Program-made: the position numbers and the translations under genes
Source of the DNA: Octopus vulgaris
Lineage: Eukaryota
DNA length: 64,000 bases
Assembly (NCBI GenBank): GCA_951406725.2
Contig: OX597817.1
Coordinates: 114,576,001 to 114,640,000 of the forward strand
Direction of reading: 5' to 3'
Shown here: positions 12,685 through 26,905 of the stretch, piece after piece
Position numbering within the stretch: the stretch's first letter is position 1
How the letters are laid out: every line of letters begins with the position of its first letter
The notes under the pieces: model-generated
The model's input: the letters and a program-made list of their open reading frames with translations, nothing else
Database searches by the model: none
Told to the model about the DNA's origin: nothing

Positions 12685-13022
12685 TCATATGAATTAGGAG
12701 CACTCTGTCGGTTGCGACAACGAGGGTCCCTGCTGTTACGATCAACGGAACAGCTTTGCTCGTGAAATTAACATGCAAGTGGCTGAGCACTCCACAAACA
12801 CATGTACCCTTAACATAGTTCTTGGGGAGATTCAGTGTGACACAGAGTATGACAAGTCTGACCCCTTGAAATACAGGTACTACTCATTTTTGCCAGCTGA
12901 GTGGACTGGAGCAATGTAAAATAAAGTGTCTTGCTCAAGGACACAACATGTTGCCAGGAATTGAACTTATGACCTTATGATCATGAGCCAAATGCCCCTA
13001 ACCACTAAGCCACGCACCTTCA
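12685..13022 (-). mobile_element. tRNA/CORE-type SINE, family C
   Basis: Minus-strand head GGTGCGTGGCTTAGTGGTTAGG, CORE-like TTGAGCAAGACACTTTATTT..TTGCTCCAGTCCACTCAGCTGGCAAAAATGAGT. Confidence 0.75.
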
Positions 13023-13444
13023 CTATGAATAAGTTGTTGCTATTTGTTGTTATTTAACTTCAGGTCAATAATGACCAAACAAATTTATGATCCAAAGCAT
13101 TACAGTTGGGACCATCAAGTCTGTTTTCCTTTGACCATTATCCAATACGTCCTTTTGTTTTTTTGAAAGACAGTAGAGTGTGTGATTTGAAGCAGATTTC
13201 ACTAATAGTTCAAACAAGCTGAGTAGCAACTGCATAAAGGTTATAAAGGTTCATTTGCTTGACATGAATAACTATGTATGTCAGGGCAAAGTTTTGAATT
13301 TCTTTAGTGCTTTCTTTTATAACTTTTTTGATCCATTTCAAAACTAGATATTTTGATGAAATGCAGTTATTCCAGTTTAGCTATGCATGTGCGTGTGTGT
13401 ATTACGATGAATCTTTGTGACAGAATGTTATGATAGTTAGTACC

Positions 13445-13502
<58 letters not shown>

Positions 13503-13615
13503 GTATATCTGTATCTCTTGTTCTTGTCTAGTAACTTGAGTTTGACTTGCGTACTTCCATGCTTTCTATGCTTTTCTAAAGAAAATCTATAATTATATTA
13601 TACGAAGGCATTTAA

Positions 13616-13995
13616 GTGGCTGTGTGGTAAGTAGCTTGCTTACCAACCAGATGGTTCTGGGTTCAGTCCCACTGCGTGGCACCTTGGGCAAGTGTCTTCT
13701 AGTATAGCCTCAGGCCAACCAAAGCCTGGCGTATATATATGTATATATATGTGTGTGTGTATATGTATATATATATGTGTATGTATATATATGTGTGTAT
13801 ATATGTATATATATGTGTATGCATATGTATGCATATAAATGCATGTATATATGTATATATGTGTGTGTGTGTAGCAAATCTAAGAATAGAGATTTTGGTA
13901 TTATATTTATTCCTCTATTATAATCATTTCAGCCATATATATAAGTGTGTGTGTGTGTATCTGTGTTTGACCCCATAACTTAGCGGTTCAGCAAA
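13616..13995 (+). mobile_element. SINE family B with expanded internal microsatellite and nested short repeat
   Basis: GTGGCTGTGTGGTAAGTAGCTTGC...CCTTGGGCAAGTGTCTTC...TAACTTAGCGGTTCAGCAAA. Confidence 0.75.
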
Positions 13996-14009
13996 TGATT
14001 TCTTTACAG

Positions 14010-14232
14010 TGATCAGATGTTTGTGCCACACATAAGCTCACTCCCTCCGTCATGTTGACATTGCCTGAACAGGTGTGTGGTGTGCCATATATCAGGTGTT
14101 GAATGGTAGTAGAGCAACATGAGATGAAGTGTTTTGCCTAAGAACACAATCCACCGCCATCTAGTCCAGGAATTGAAACCAAGATTTTGCCATAGTGAAT
14201 GTAGCACCCTAACCATTAGGTCATGCATCCCC
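14010..14232 (-). mobile_element. SINE family C variant
   Basis: CCAGGAATTGAAACC...CACCCTAACCA head on minus strand, CORE-like segment. Confidence 0.6.
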
Positions 14233-14372
14233 ACATGGATCACATGTAATGTGTTGCAATATTACATAATCATTATATATATATATATTCATAGCATGTC
14301 TGAAACATGGATGGCTGAAATGATTATAATAGAGGAATAAATGAAATACCAAAATCTCTATTCTTAGATTTG

Positions 14373-14459
<87 letters not shown>

Positions 14460-14463
14460 CCAC

Positions 14464-14505
14464 AACTGTCTGATGAATGGAAATGTGAAACTCTGAGCAA
14501 CAGTT
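14464..14505 (+). ncRNA. Type-I hammerhead ribozyme motif, U16.1>C mutated
   Basis: AACUGU-CUGAUGA-AUG(GAAA)UGU-GAAA-CUC(U)GAG-CA-ACAGUU: perfect 6-bp stem I, GNRA-capped stem II, 3-bp stem III; AATAAA follows at ~14527. Confidence 0.7.
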
Positions 14506-14572
14506 CTGTGATAATTTTGCAGCTTTAATAAAAAGAATACACACACACACACACATATAGATACACACCTGC

Positions 14573-14613
<41 letters not shown>

Positions 14614-15264
14614 CATATATACTTTTCTTTTTGAATATTTCATTTTCACTTTTTAAGCAGCTGAGAGCAAATATACTTCTAAATATTTGGACATTTACTT
14701 AGAATTTTTAGAGCAATTACTTTAGAATGGATTGCTTTTCTTAATGCTAGCCACCTAGGAATAGCCGCTAAGTACTTATACAAGAATTAGAGAGAGCAGA
14801 AAGATTTACTTTAGCTGCAACATAAATGCATTTCTGTTCTTATGTGTTTACTTTTTACACATGCAAGTATGATTTGGAATTGTCTCCAAGTATTTCATGT
14901 ATGCACATATGCGTGTGTTTGAATGTATGCGTGTGTCTAAATTTGTACAGATTTTTACGTGTTTCTTTTCATGTATAAATGTGTATTAGCACTTCTGTGT
15001 ATATGAATGGTTTATAGATTTGGTGTGCGAAATTCTAATTGTATTGAAGTTTTGGTTTGGATATGTTTGCATATGTTTCTTACAGACTTGTACGTGTGGC
15101 AAAGAAGAAAAGAAAAACATCAACATTAGGGTCACATGCACTGCCATTGAAAATTTCATATGCATAAAAGAATTACACTGTTGCATGCATGTGAGTTTAA
15201 GCTCACACACTCACATGCATGTGCATGCACACTCACACACACACATGCAAGTTTGAGCGTCTGA

Positions 15265-15629
15265 TTGCATATATGTGTGTATTTATGTATGTATATATAT
15301 ATGTGTGTGTGTGTGTGTCTATGTATGCTTATGTATATTAGTAAGTATATGAGTTTAAGCCCTCATATGTTTGTGTGTATGTGTGTGTATATATATATAT
15401 AGATATAGATATATGTATGTGTGTATATATATATATGTATGTGTGTATATATATATAAGTATGTGTGTATATATATATATATGTGTATGTATGTATATAT
15501 ATATATATATATGTGTGTATATATGTATATATATATGTGTATGCATATGTATGTATATATATATATATATATATATGCATGTATATATGTATATATGTGT
15601 ATGTGTATGTATGAGCATGACTATATATT

Positions 15630-15664
<35 letters not shown>

Positions 15665-15665
15665 G
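15265..15665. repeat. Compound (TA)/(TG)/(TATG) microsatellite
   Basis: Direct reading; similar tracts at 21.3-21.9, 28.7-29.1, 47.5-48.0 and 56.5-57.9 kb. Confidence 0.9.
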
Positions 15666-17492
15666 AATGAATAATGATACCTGTGTTTGTCTACATACAA
15701 ATGCATGAATTTGCATGCATGCACACTCATGCATGCACTCAGTATGTTGGCTTCTGAGCTATTTGATATTTTATTCACCAATTCTTGTAATTTATATTCC
15801 CTTGTGGTGTAAGGAAAAAAAATAGACTGAACCCTTCCCTGTCGATCTGCTTCTAACACAGTATACTGTTATTCAAATTGGCTTTTTGTATTTCTTAACA
15901 AAATAGAAAAAAAAAAAAAAATTAGAAGACTTACAGCTGCAGATGAGATGAGAATAATTATATATATAAATTGATTTTTGGTGAAGCATAAAATGCAAAA
16001 ATAAAAGCAATAAGGAACTATGGCAAAAAACATACAAAATAATAGAATATTTGGCAAATAGAGAATTTATGTAAGAAATATTGACATAAGCTTGTAGAAA
16101 ACAGATTTTTTTTTAACGGGTATATGAATGTGTATGTGTGTAAGGGGTGAGTTTCCTGGGAATAGCGTTCGATTTTTCTGTTGGAATGTCATAAGTGCTT
16201 AAAAATCAAAATGAAAATGAAATAATCGAAAGACAATAATAATAATGAAAAAAAAAAAATAATAGTAATAATAATATAATAATAATAAGAAGAAGAAGAA
16301 GAAGAAATAACAACATTCTTATTTTGTGAAATTTTATTGTTTAAATGAGGAAAAAAATGTCTTTTTTTTTTCATTCTTAATCTGTATTGGTTGCTTTCAA
16401 TAGCTTAAGTATGGAACAATGTCCACATATATGTTTTATTTTACTGAACAAATTTTGATCAATACATAGTGAGTGGTGTGTGTGTATTTGCATGCATGTG
16501 TTGTGTGCATGTGTGCATTTGATACAGATGTATGCAAATAATTGTTATTATGTAATTAGGTATAAGTGTACATGCACAAACATACTTATACATACATGCA
16601 CACATACATTAGCAGTGGTAACAAATGAAAGAGCAAGTACTCAACATCATAAAGTAGAGCATTAATTTAATTTGCTCAATTGTAAACAGCGCTGGCAATT
16701 ATAAATAGTTACCTTGCATGAGAATCACACCAATTCATGAGGCCTCAGCAGGGATACAAGGAAATTCATTAAAAGGAATACATGTAATTATGAACAATTC
16801 TAATACACAACCATATACATTCATGCATGCACATAGACATACATACACACACGCACGAACACAACCATATACGCATCCATGCACAAACACATACACACAC
16901 ACAAACAGACATGCAGAGACACATGTGCATATATGCACTCACACACACACACACATACATGGGAATTCATAGACACACACTCTAGAACACACACATTCTT
17001 ATCTATTCAAAACCACTGGCTACACTGCATGCACACACACATGTACACAGTGGAACATGCATAAGCAAACTCTCACACATTCATGCACATGCATATAAAC
17101 ATACACACTCACTCATAGAATGGTATCAACCAAATGAACGCACATCAGACCACAAACTCACACATGCGCACGCACACACACTCACACACACGCGCGTGCG
17201 TACCTTGTTCTTGAAGAGAGGAAGTGTGTCATTGATGAGGTCATGAACAACATTGAAGGGACTTTAACAAACGAACAACTGATTAATTGTTTAACTAACA
17301 CATTCAACAAATGATTGATTAGTTAGATGGTTAGATATTTAATCGATTGGCTTACAACTAAAAGTGATATTGAATCAGTGCAAGTGTTTATTATTATTAT
17401 TGGTGTAATGACCCTCCCAAGACAACAGATTTGTTTCAACATAGCAGTTCATATCAAGAATTTTACAATATATATATATATATATATATATC

Positions 17493-18338
17493 ACCATCAT
17501 CATTTAACATCCACTCTCCATGCTGGCTTGGGTTAGATGGATTGACTGGAGCTGAAGAGTCGGAGAGCTGCACCAGTTTCCAGTCTGATTTGGCATGGTT
17601 TCTGCAGCTGGATGCCCTTCCTAATGCCAACCACTCCAGGAGTGTAATGGATGCTTTTATGTACCACTCGCACAGGAGTCATTTACATGATCATGACTAT
17701 AATTCATGGGTAGATGCCATTTACATGGCACCGGCAGTGACCTTGATGATTCATGAGTGACATTTGCATGGCATCAGCAATGATTATGACCAACGACCAC
17801 AATTCCAAAGATGCCAATTTACATGGCACTTGCAGTGAATAACCATGACTACGATACACAGGTACCATTTACATGGAACTGGCAATGACCATGACACACA
17901 GATACCATTTACATGATATTGACAGAGCCACAACTACGATTTCACTTGGCCTGACAGGTCTTCTCTCATACAGCATATTGCCGGAGCTTTTGGTCTCTTG
18001 CCATCACTTCCACGAGGCTCAATGTTTGAAGATCATGCTTCACCACCTCATCCCATGTCTACCTGGGTCTACCTCTTCTACAGGTTCTCTCCACAGTTAG
18101 AGATCGACACTTCTTTACACAGCTGTCCTCATCCATATGCATCACATGACCATACCAATGCAGTCATCTCTCTTGCACACCACATCTGATGCCTTTTATG
18201 CCCAGCTTTTCTCACATTCAGTGAAGCATACTAGCTTCATTTCTTTCAAGCCTACACATGTCTTCAGCAGTCACAGTCCATGTTTCACTGTCACGTAGCA
18301 TAGCTGTTCGCACACAGGCATCATACAGTCTGCCTTCC
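17493..18338 (-). mobile_element. 5'-truncated RTE-clade LINE (RT C-terminus + 3' UTR)
   Basis: Minus-strand translation EKLGIKGIRCGVQER*LHWYGHVMHMDEDSCVKKCRSLTVERTCRRGRPR*TWDEVVKHDL; 3' UTR with family D tail and (GAT)n end. Confidence 0.85.
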
Positions 18339-18339
18339 A

Positions 18340-18404
<65 letters not shown>

Positions 18405-18616
18405 TATGTATATATAGCTATATATATTGTATTATATTATGTTATATGATGATGATGATATATTATATCATATATATTATTGAACTAATGACTAAATTAT
18501 ATATTTGTTCTGATTCCTGATATATTTTAATAATATATTTACATATATAATATATTTGTCCATCTACTTATTTCAATGTATGCATTTTTTTTTCTGTCTG
18601 CATGTTTGATTGTGTG

Positions 18617-18652
<36 letters not shown>

Positions 18653-18672
18653 TTCTCTCTCTCCCTCTCCCC

Positions 18673-18720
<48 letters not shown>

Positions 18721-19879
18721 GTACAGATATTAACATAAAAGTGATTCTTTGATCATGCAACTCTATTGCTTCTTGAAAAAGAAAAATTGAACTTCTATAG
18801 CTATGAGTTTGCGTAGTATATTTCATTACGCAATACCAAAAAAAATCTTGCATAAATATAAAGCTATTATTTTGCTAATAAAACTATTTGATATAAAATA
18901 CTCCCACAAAATTAGAAGACAGGCAATGGAAGTCTAGTTAGAAACTAATACCAAATCTCAACCTGCTAGAAATAGCTCATAAATCAGTCTCAAATCATAT
19001 TCTACTTTTACATTTGTTTCAAACAGCATACACAACTGTAGATTTACATGGTGTGTTCTCCAAAAATGTAACATGTTCAGTCCCATTAATTTGCTCTGCA
19101 AGCAGGTGTTAACTACCTTGTCCTTGCATTGGCCACTTTCTGAGTGGAATGTAGCTGACAAAAACTATGTAGAAGTCCATTTAATATATATATCTACATA
19201 GACACATGTACACTGTACTTCTACGTAATTCCAATCTGTGGTGATGATGATGATCATCATCATCATTTAACAGCTGCTTGACTATGCTTCTCTAAGACAC
19301 CATTTAAAAAGTGGTTGCTCATCCCTCCCTTATTGCCAATCATTTTAGCTATCTCTTATGATACATAGAGATATGGTGAACCCACGCCAGCTTGGAAAGC
19401 AGACATTAAATGATGTTGATGATGATGATTCTAAAAGTGGGGCACACATAGTGTTGTCATCATCATTGATTTAGCATTCACTTTTTCATGGTTGCATGGG
19501 TTGAATGGATTTTGTTTGTTGAGATGGATTTTTTATTACAGCTAGATGTCCTTGCTGTCATCAACCCTTAGTGTTTCTAAGTGAGGTAATATCTCCTCAT
19601 TACCAAACGTTTTTTTTTTTGTGGGGGATGATTGGAAATGACAGACACCCCTTGCTTGACAGTGATACTTGTTTACAACTATCATGATTTTGACAGAAGG
19701 AGAAAGTAACACACACATACTCGTTAGGCTTCTTTCAGTTGCTGTCAAATCCTCTCACAAGACTTCTTGGTGCTATAGCAGAAGATATTTATTGAAGGTG
19801 CCATGCAGTGGGACTTAAGCTGAAATCACATAGATGAGAAATATAATCCTAACCACAAAACCACATCTGTGTCTATGTG

Positions 19880-20175
19880 ATCACTGTGACCGACCAGGCT
19901 ATCAGATGTTGCTACACATCGCTGGTCACAATGCGCTTCGCATTGTTTTAGCCTTCAAATGACGCCATTCTACTGGCTAAGTGAGCAGGCCAACAGAAAA
20001 AAGAGTGAGAGAAAGTTGTGGCGAAAGAGTACAGCAAGGATCGCCACCACCCCCTCCTGGAGCCTCATGGAGCTTTAGGTGTTTTCGCTCAATAAACACT
20101 CACAATGCCCAGTCTGGGAATCGAAACCATGATCCTATGATCATAAGTCCGCTGCCCTAACCACTGCGCCTCCAC
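19880..20175 (-). mobile_element. SINE family C variant
   Basis: Head GGAGGCGCAGTGGTTAGGGCAGCGGACT...GGTTTCGATTCCCAGAC; homologous to 44699-45000. Confidence 0.8.
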
Positions 20176-21282
20176 CTGTGTCTATGTATGTTTAGGAAAT
20201 TAGCAAAGATATTAGAGAATAAAACAAATGCTCTGCTGTATTCATTGCAGCTTTCTACTGAAACCTGTATCTGTTTTATAAAGCTCAAAGTACCAATACA
20301 TATCCTGTACTTTTTATTAATATGATGTGTGTGTGTGTCTATGTGTGTGTATTGTGTGTGTGTGTCTCCTTGTCTTGACATCATGTGCTAAATGTAAATA
20401 AGTGTTGCCATCATACAAGTAGTGTTATTTATTTACAATCTTCTATGAATTAATATTTGACCATCGTGCTTTCCTTGTTTGAAGGATGAAGGAAAATGTT
20501 ACTTTACTAGGAAACAAGTGGGGGCTGGCACTGTTCTATAGAAGTTATGTCTCAATGAATTTTATCAGATCTGTGCATATATGAGTAAGTGGAAGTTAAA
20601 ATGACACGATGATGATAATCCATGAAGATAATACGAGAGTGGGCCTTGTATATTACTGGTATCTAACTACACAGTTTGCTCTATAAATAGATGCTTTTGT
20701 AAATTTTTTGCCTCTTGTTGCTGATGTTGTTGAACCCCAGGATGGCTCTAAATGAGCAAAGCTATGATCAAAGGTATTCCAGCAATCACCATTTCATTTT
20801 CTTTTACAGACATTGTGTACTTTGGACTACATTATCCAATGTGACACCCCCCACCCCTGTATTTTTCATTACAAAAGAAAATAAACAAATAAATGGTAAA
20901 GCTGAATTTTAGAACTTTTTAAAGCAATGAATATTTTGATTTGCATCATTTTCAGGAAGAATGGTGCAAATTACATCCTGTATTATTAAGGAGAAAATAA
21001 TAAAATATAAAAAAGAAAAATACAAAAAATAAATTAAAAGGTGACTCACAATATAACTCAGTGAATAATAGAATTAGAAATAATAAAAGATAATCAGATT
21101 AGGAATATTGATTATTAATTTTTAATTATGAATAAGTATAAATTCTATTTAAAAAATTGAATACAATAAAGATTTGATTTCAGCAAAAGTCAACATTTTC
21201 TTTCTTAAATCACGAAGTCTTCCAATGTTTTATTTTTGAAATTTTATTGAAGATATCTGTTGTGTATATATGTAGTTGTATG

Positions 21283-21313
<31 letters not shown>

Positions 21314-21454
21314 TGTGTGTATATGATTATGTGTTTTCTATAGTTTTACACATAAAAATATCAAAGTACTCATTTGCAGAAATACTTTTATAGATTAGTA
21401 AATATATAGTTAGATATACATGTACATACATACATATCTATAAAGATATATATA

Positions 21455-21499
<45 letters not shown>

Positions 21500-21598
21500 C
21501 CACATGTACATTCACACACACACACATGTACACTTACATGTATACAAATATACAAATATATATTTATATATATAAATATATTTACATACATACATACA

Positions 21599-21640
<42 letters not shown>

Positions 21641-22295
21641 AATTACAATATGTATGTGTATGTTTTTCCTATGTATGTAAGTATGCATATAAGTGTGTGT
21701 GTACACATGTTCATGTAATATTTATACACTCAGACACATATCTGTATACATATATATATCCATATACACACACACTCACTCTCTCTCTCTCACTCACATA
21801 CACATATGTACACATACATACAAGTTAACATAATATATATATTATATTTATTATAATTTGGCATTGTGTGCATCTGTGTGTGTATACATATACACACATA
21901 CACACACACATATATATAAATAATTGTAGCTTTAAAAATCACATCATTAACTGCTTTTGAGAGAAATTCCGTTTTTGTTGAAGTTGTTTTTGGCATTGCT
22001 ATTATTATTAGTTACTACATTTGTAATAGTACTTTTATTAGAAGTTGTTGAAAAATCTTACATCATCTAGTTTGGCAGAACGAGATGTGATTGTTACCAT
22101 TGTCTGTTACTTCTTAATGCTCATTCAGTTCTTGAATTGGCTGTCTGCTATGACAAGTGTCTTTTCAATTGCCAATGTTATTAGAACATTAACTGTATTT
22201 ACTAAAGTTAATCATTGTATGAGCCTCTGCATGGTTTCTGAAACCTCTAGAAATAGCAGCCAGATCTTCCTCAAACCAATGCCTTGCATCTCAGA

Positions 22296-22296
<1 letters not shown>

Positions 22297-22328
<32 letters not shown>

Positions 22329-22503
22329 TGCTTAACATCCACTTTCCATGCTGGCATGGGTTTGATGGTTTGACATGGAACTGTCTAGCAGGGCGCTCTT
22401 GAGACTCCAAGTGTCTGTTGTGGCATGGTTTCCATGGCTGGATGCCCTTCCTAGCACCAACCACTTAACAGAGTGTGCTGGGTGCTTTTTACGTGCCACT
22501 GGT
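22297..22503 (-). mobile_element. Family D (RTE-tail) element
   Basis: (CAT)n...GGCTGGATGCCCTTCCTAGCACCAACCAC. Confidence 0.7.
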
Positions 22504-22824
22504 ATATTTTAGTAAAAGGGATACGTTTGATAACATGGTTCTGTATTCCCTCCACACCAGGGAAAAAGATAGGATGGTCACCTCTGGAATACTTTCGATC
22601 ATGTGTTTGGTTGATTAAATCTGGCATAAGGATAAAGAAGAACAGCAATAACAGTGACAACAACAGTGGCAGCAACAATAACATGGGTGTTTCTACTTGA
22701 TTGCTTAATGTGCTGGAAATATTAGCTAAACCTCTCATAAACTGCTGTCTGTTTTCTTAGAAAAAACCTAGGACTCATTGGGTAATGACTGAAAGAGTGT
22801 GATTGCAAATACAAATGGTCTAAA

Positions 22825-23165
22825 TGGGGTTTCTCTGAGGGGTCTCTGGAATAACATTACTTGACAAAGTCTGCGGCTTGGGGATCAGGGAATCTTTCCA
22901 AGTGTGCCACTACTTTTCTGCATTAAGAGGCCAAAGCTCTGGTACTATGGATATGTGATTATAGTGTTGCAGAAAAGAACTGAAAGACAGAAGAATGAGA
23001 TGGTTGGATAATATCCGGAGTTTCTGTTTGTCATGCTTGGTAATCCAGCTGTTAAGTCTAGTGACCATTACTTCTGACAGTACCCTATGGAAGTGGTGCC
23101 TGAGGACTCTATCCCCACAATCTTCTCAGGGATAGTGAGCAGAGAAAATGGATGGGTGGGTATTG
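22825..23165 (+). pseudogene. RTE-clade LINE 3' fragment (same family as 5405-5975)
   Basis: CCACTACTTTTCTGCATTAAGAGG...TACTATGGATATGTGATTA...AGATGGTTGGATAATATCC...GATGGGTGG tail. Confidence 0.6.
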
Positions 23166-23635
23166 AATAATGTAGTCTTTGATATACTGTTTGAATAAAA
23201 ATGGAATTGTCATAGCTGGAATCTTTTTAATCACAGGTTTGCTCAGCCTTTGCTTACATGCAGGGCAAAATAACAACATATGAACTAGTAGAGTTTGGAA
23301 TGTCGTGTTCATAGTGGCCATCCTTGGCAACAATAGATACTTTAGTAAGAAAATGTGATTTCATTCAGTGTGGTGTAGGCAAATAAAATTAGGGGAATTA
23401 GAGACTAAATTTAGGTGGATAATTTGAATTAGTGTGGTGTAGGGCAAAAAGTGAGAGTAAATAGTGTGTGTTTTATGTATGTGAAGTAAGTTAGCATAAT
23501 GTAGGTAAGTATGTCTCTGTCTTGTGTGTTGTAAGTTAATATGGAGTAGTTTGATATGAGGTAGGCTTGTGTGGTGTAAGTTGCTGTGCATTATAAGTGT
23601 GGTGTATTTCTTAGTTTTAGTGGCTTAGTCAGAGG

Positions 23636-23796
23636 CATGAGGGCTTTTGAGACTACTGACGTATAAGGGCTACTGAGACATAAGGGTTTTGTGACTTCTG
23701 AGTCTTTTGAGGCATAAGGGTTTCAGAGACTTCTGAGGTATAAAGGGCTTCTGAGATTTCTGAGGCATTAAGGATCCTTTTTGGGTTTCTGAGACT
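23636..23796. repeat. Degenerate minisatellite, unit ~GAGACTTCTGAGGCATAAGGGYT
   Basis: About 6-7 imperfect tandem units visible. Confidence 0.75.
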
Positions 23797-26674
23797 GGTG
23801 GAAGGAAATTTTTATTCAGACCAGATACCTAGCATGAATGTTTGCAGCTGCAACAGAGTGAACCTCATTAAAAGCACACTCAAGGAGGGCCAGATTTTGG
23901 TGTTAAACTGTGCAATAGATTATTGTTATTTAGTTGAAGTTCAGCCCTTATTAATCAAAATTATGGTCAAACATATTTCAAGTATGACCATCCTATAATT
24001 TTGCATATCCAGGACTATATTGTCTAACATATCCTTTCTTTTTCAAGGTGGTAGGGTATGGACATGAGGTAGACTTTCCCACAAGCAGCCATATAAAGAT
24101 TCCTTTATTGATTTTTCAGCCTAAGATTGTGGTTGTTGTCCCTTATTTGTTTTTCTTGTATTTGTTGTTGTTGTTGTTTTACTCCAAATCTTCCTTTAAT
24201 GAGCAAACCTATGATCAAAGCTATTCTATCTGCAGATGTAGACTTTGTACATCTAGGACTGCATGATTCAGTGAAGCTTTGTTTTTCCAAGACAGTAAGG
24301 TGTGATATGAGGGAGATTTGATTTGCTGCTTCTAGCAGGTTTAGTAACCACTTATTGGTCCCTTTCATTGGGTGTTGTTGTTGTTTAGCCTCAGGTCAGC
24401 TCTGCTTTAAAAGAACTATGCATGGTAAAAAATTTCTTTATTTAAAAGTTTTCTATAGCATATACATCTGATCTACATATGTTTCAACTGCATATGGCTT
24501 TGTATGCAATTATGCATTCTGGTTTTTGCAATTTCATCAAGGGTCCATCACTCACAATAGTTTCAAAGTGAACTGATTCAAACAAGCATTCTGCATTGGT
24601 ATTCAGTTGAAGGTAAGAATGTTACTAGTGTTACTATTTATATTTGATGGAATAGTGGTCTTATAATTGTAATACCTCTGCTGGTATTACAGTTGAAGTT
24701 TGGTTTAAAAAAATGTTTATTCTGATTTCAGTTAATTCTAGCAGTTTTGTTTACATATATATATATTGTTTTTATGTTTTCGTTTCTCTTTGTGTTTGAC
24801 ATTTTTTTGGTGTCCTGTACCCATATATGCATGTATATATATACATATAGATGTAGGTACGTACATATATGCATATGTTTTATTTATTATTTTGTTATTA
24901 TATATATATATATATATATAGGAACATAGGGAGACATAATAAAGCAAAATAAGGATTATCTAAGGTTTTGTGAAGATGGCTAAATTGAGGTTACATTAGT
25001 GTAGAATAAATTGGTGTGCAGAAACAGAAGAGGAAAAAGAAAGTTGGGTGGCTTTAGTATACTTTGAGTTATATTAACCTGCTCAAGTATTGTTTTTAAG
25101 CAAATGCATATTGCTACATATTGATTATTTTCTATTATCTCTAGCAATTAGTGTGAAATGCATTAAAAAAATATCCTCATAACATTTTAAATTCTAAAGG
25201 ATTGCTCAAAAAATTTAATTTTGTTTGTGAAAAATATAATTTTTATACAAGAATCGGTTTAAAACTCTTTGTGGTTAAATAAATTTTGAGAAAAAAGTTA
25301 TTGTTATTCTTTTTAGGTATTGCGACCAAAATTTATGATTTTCTCTGTTATTATTATGTTTTCTCTCTTTATACTCATACTTTTAGTTTGCATGAATGAC
25401 TCTCAGTATTTTCAATTAGTTACACTAGTGTATCATGACCAAAACAACACCAGTTATATATATTACTATATTAATATATTAAAGAAAAAAATTGTGGAAA
25501 ACGTATAGGAAAATAAAAAGGAAAAGTGAAACAAAACTGTACAAATAAAATAAAAGAAGATAATAGAATTGTAAGGATTAAACTTGAAATTATGAATTCA
25601 ATGCTATGATTTTAATGTAAATTTTAATGTAAAATTTACATTAAAATGTTATAAATCAGTTACTTTATAATTTGCTTAATGGAGATATTTCTCAATATAA
25701 AAATTTGAACTATTGGTGGATACATAGCAATGTTGGACATAAGTACTCTATACTGCTAATGCTAAATGACTGGCACTATATTTCTGTTGAAATACACTGC
25801 CTTTATTTCAATTAATTTTGGAAATAATGAAGAATTTAGTCATTATTAGGCTGATGTTTTGAATATAAATTGATATGAAATTTTTATAGAAAGTTTTAAT
25901 TTAGATTGCTTTAAAAGATGAAGTGCATATCATAGAACCAGGAGTAGTCTCAGGAATGTTGGTATCAAAAGGGTTAAATTCCTGGTGTGCTTTGTCTATA
26001 AAAACCTCTCAGTTATCTTACAAACTACAGAAGTTTATGAAAATGCCAGTATTTCAGTATAAAAATCATAAAAATATAACTATTGCATGAATTTGAATGA
26101 ACCTCGGTGATAAGGTGTTATGATTGTTGGTGCTGTATTGTGAATGAAATTTTTCCTGTTATTGTTGATTTTTAGTTGTTGTTCTGTCTCTGTCACATGC
26201 CTACATAAATTGAATATGCTTAACTTAATTACATGTAAGTGCTCTCACTTATATTTACCAGATATCGATTCCTGGTCATTAATTTCCTGTCTCAAAGCTG
26301 AATATGTGTTTCAGTAGGCTGTGTAACTTGGAAGCTGCACAACTATTATCAGAAAAAGCATCTGATGATATGCATTCCCCTCCTCTGTTAATGTGATGAA
26401 GGTGGCATTGCCTTGTATCTTGCATATTTTATGGATTCATCGCTCATCCTGACAAAAACCTTTTCAAGAAAATTTTGAAGAAAATATGCCTTGCTTCTTA
26501 ATTAGTAATGCCCTTATCACTAATGAATGCATTGATGCAATAATCACCTATGTGATCACTTCGCTACTACCCAGAATCAATAAATCCTGATATAAATTCC
26601 AGTCAGAATCACTTACATTGTTGGTGTGAACACATGACACTGAAATCTCTGAATTCCGTCTTCACTTAAATCAT

Positions 26675-26905
26675 TAATCCTTCCTACAATTGGTACAATG
26701 CCTGAAATTATGGGGAGAGGGCTAGTTGATTACACTGACCCCAGTTCTCAACTAGTTTCAACTAGTTCTCAATTTATTTCATTGACCCAGAAAGAATGAA
26801 AGGCAAAGTCAACTTTATCAGAATTTGAACTCAGAATGTAAAGATAGATGAAATGTCACTAAGCCTATTGTCTGGCATACTAATGAGTCTATCTGCTCAC
26901 TACCT
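26675..26905 (-). mobile_element. SINE family A variant (GGCCTTGTGCC-type tail)
   Basis: GAATGAAAGGCAAAGTCAAC...GAATTTGAACTCAGAATG on + strand. Confidence 0.7.

Noticed and set aside
23636-23796. CRISPR-like array
   Set aside because: Imperfect tandem units without unique spacers, in a eukaryotic context with no cas genes
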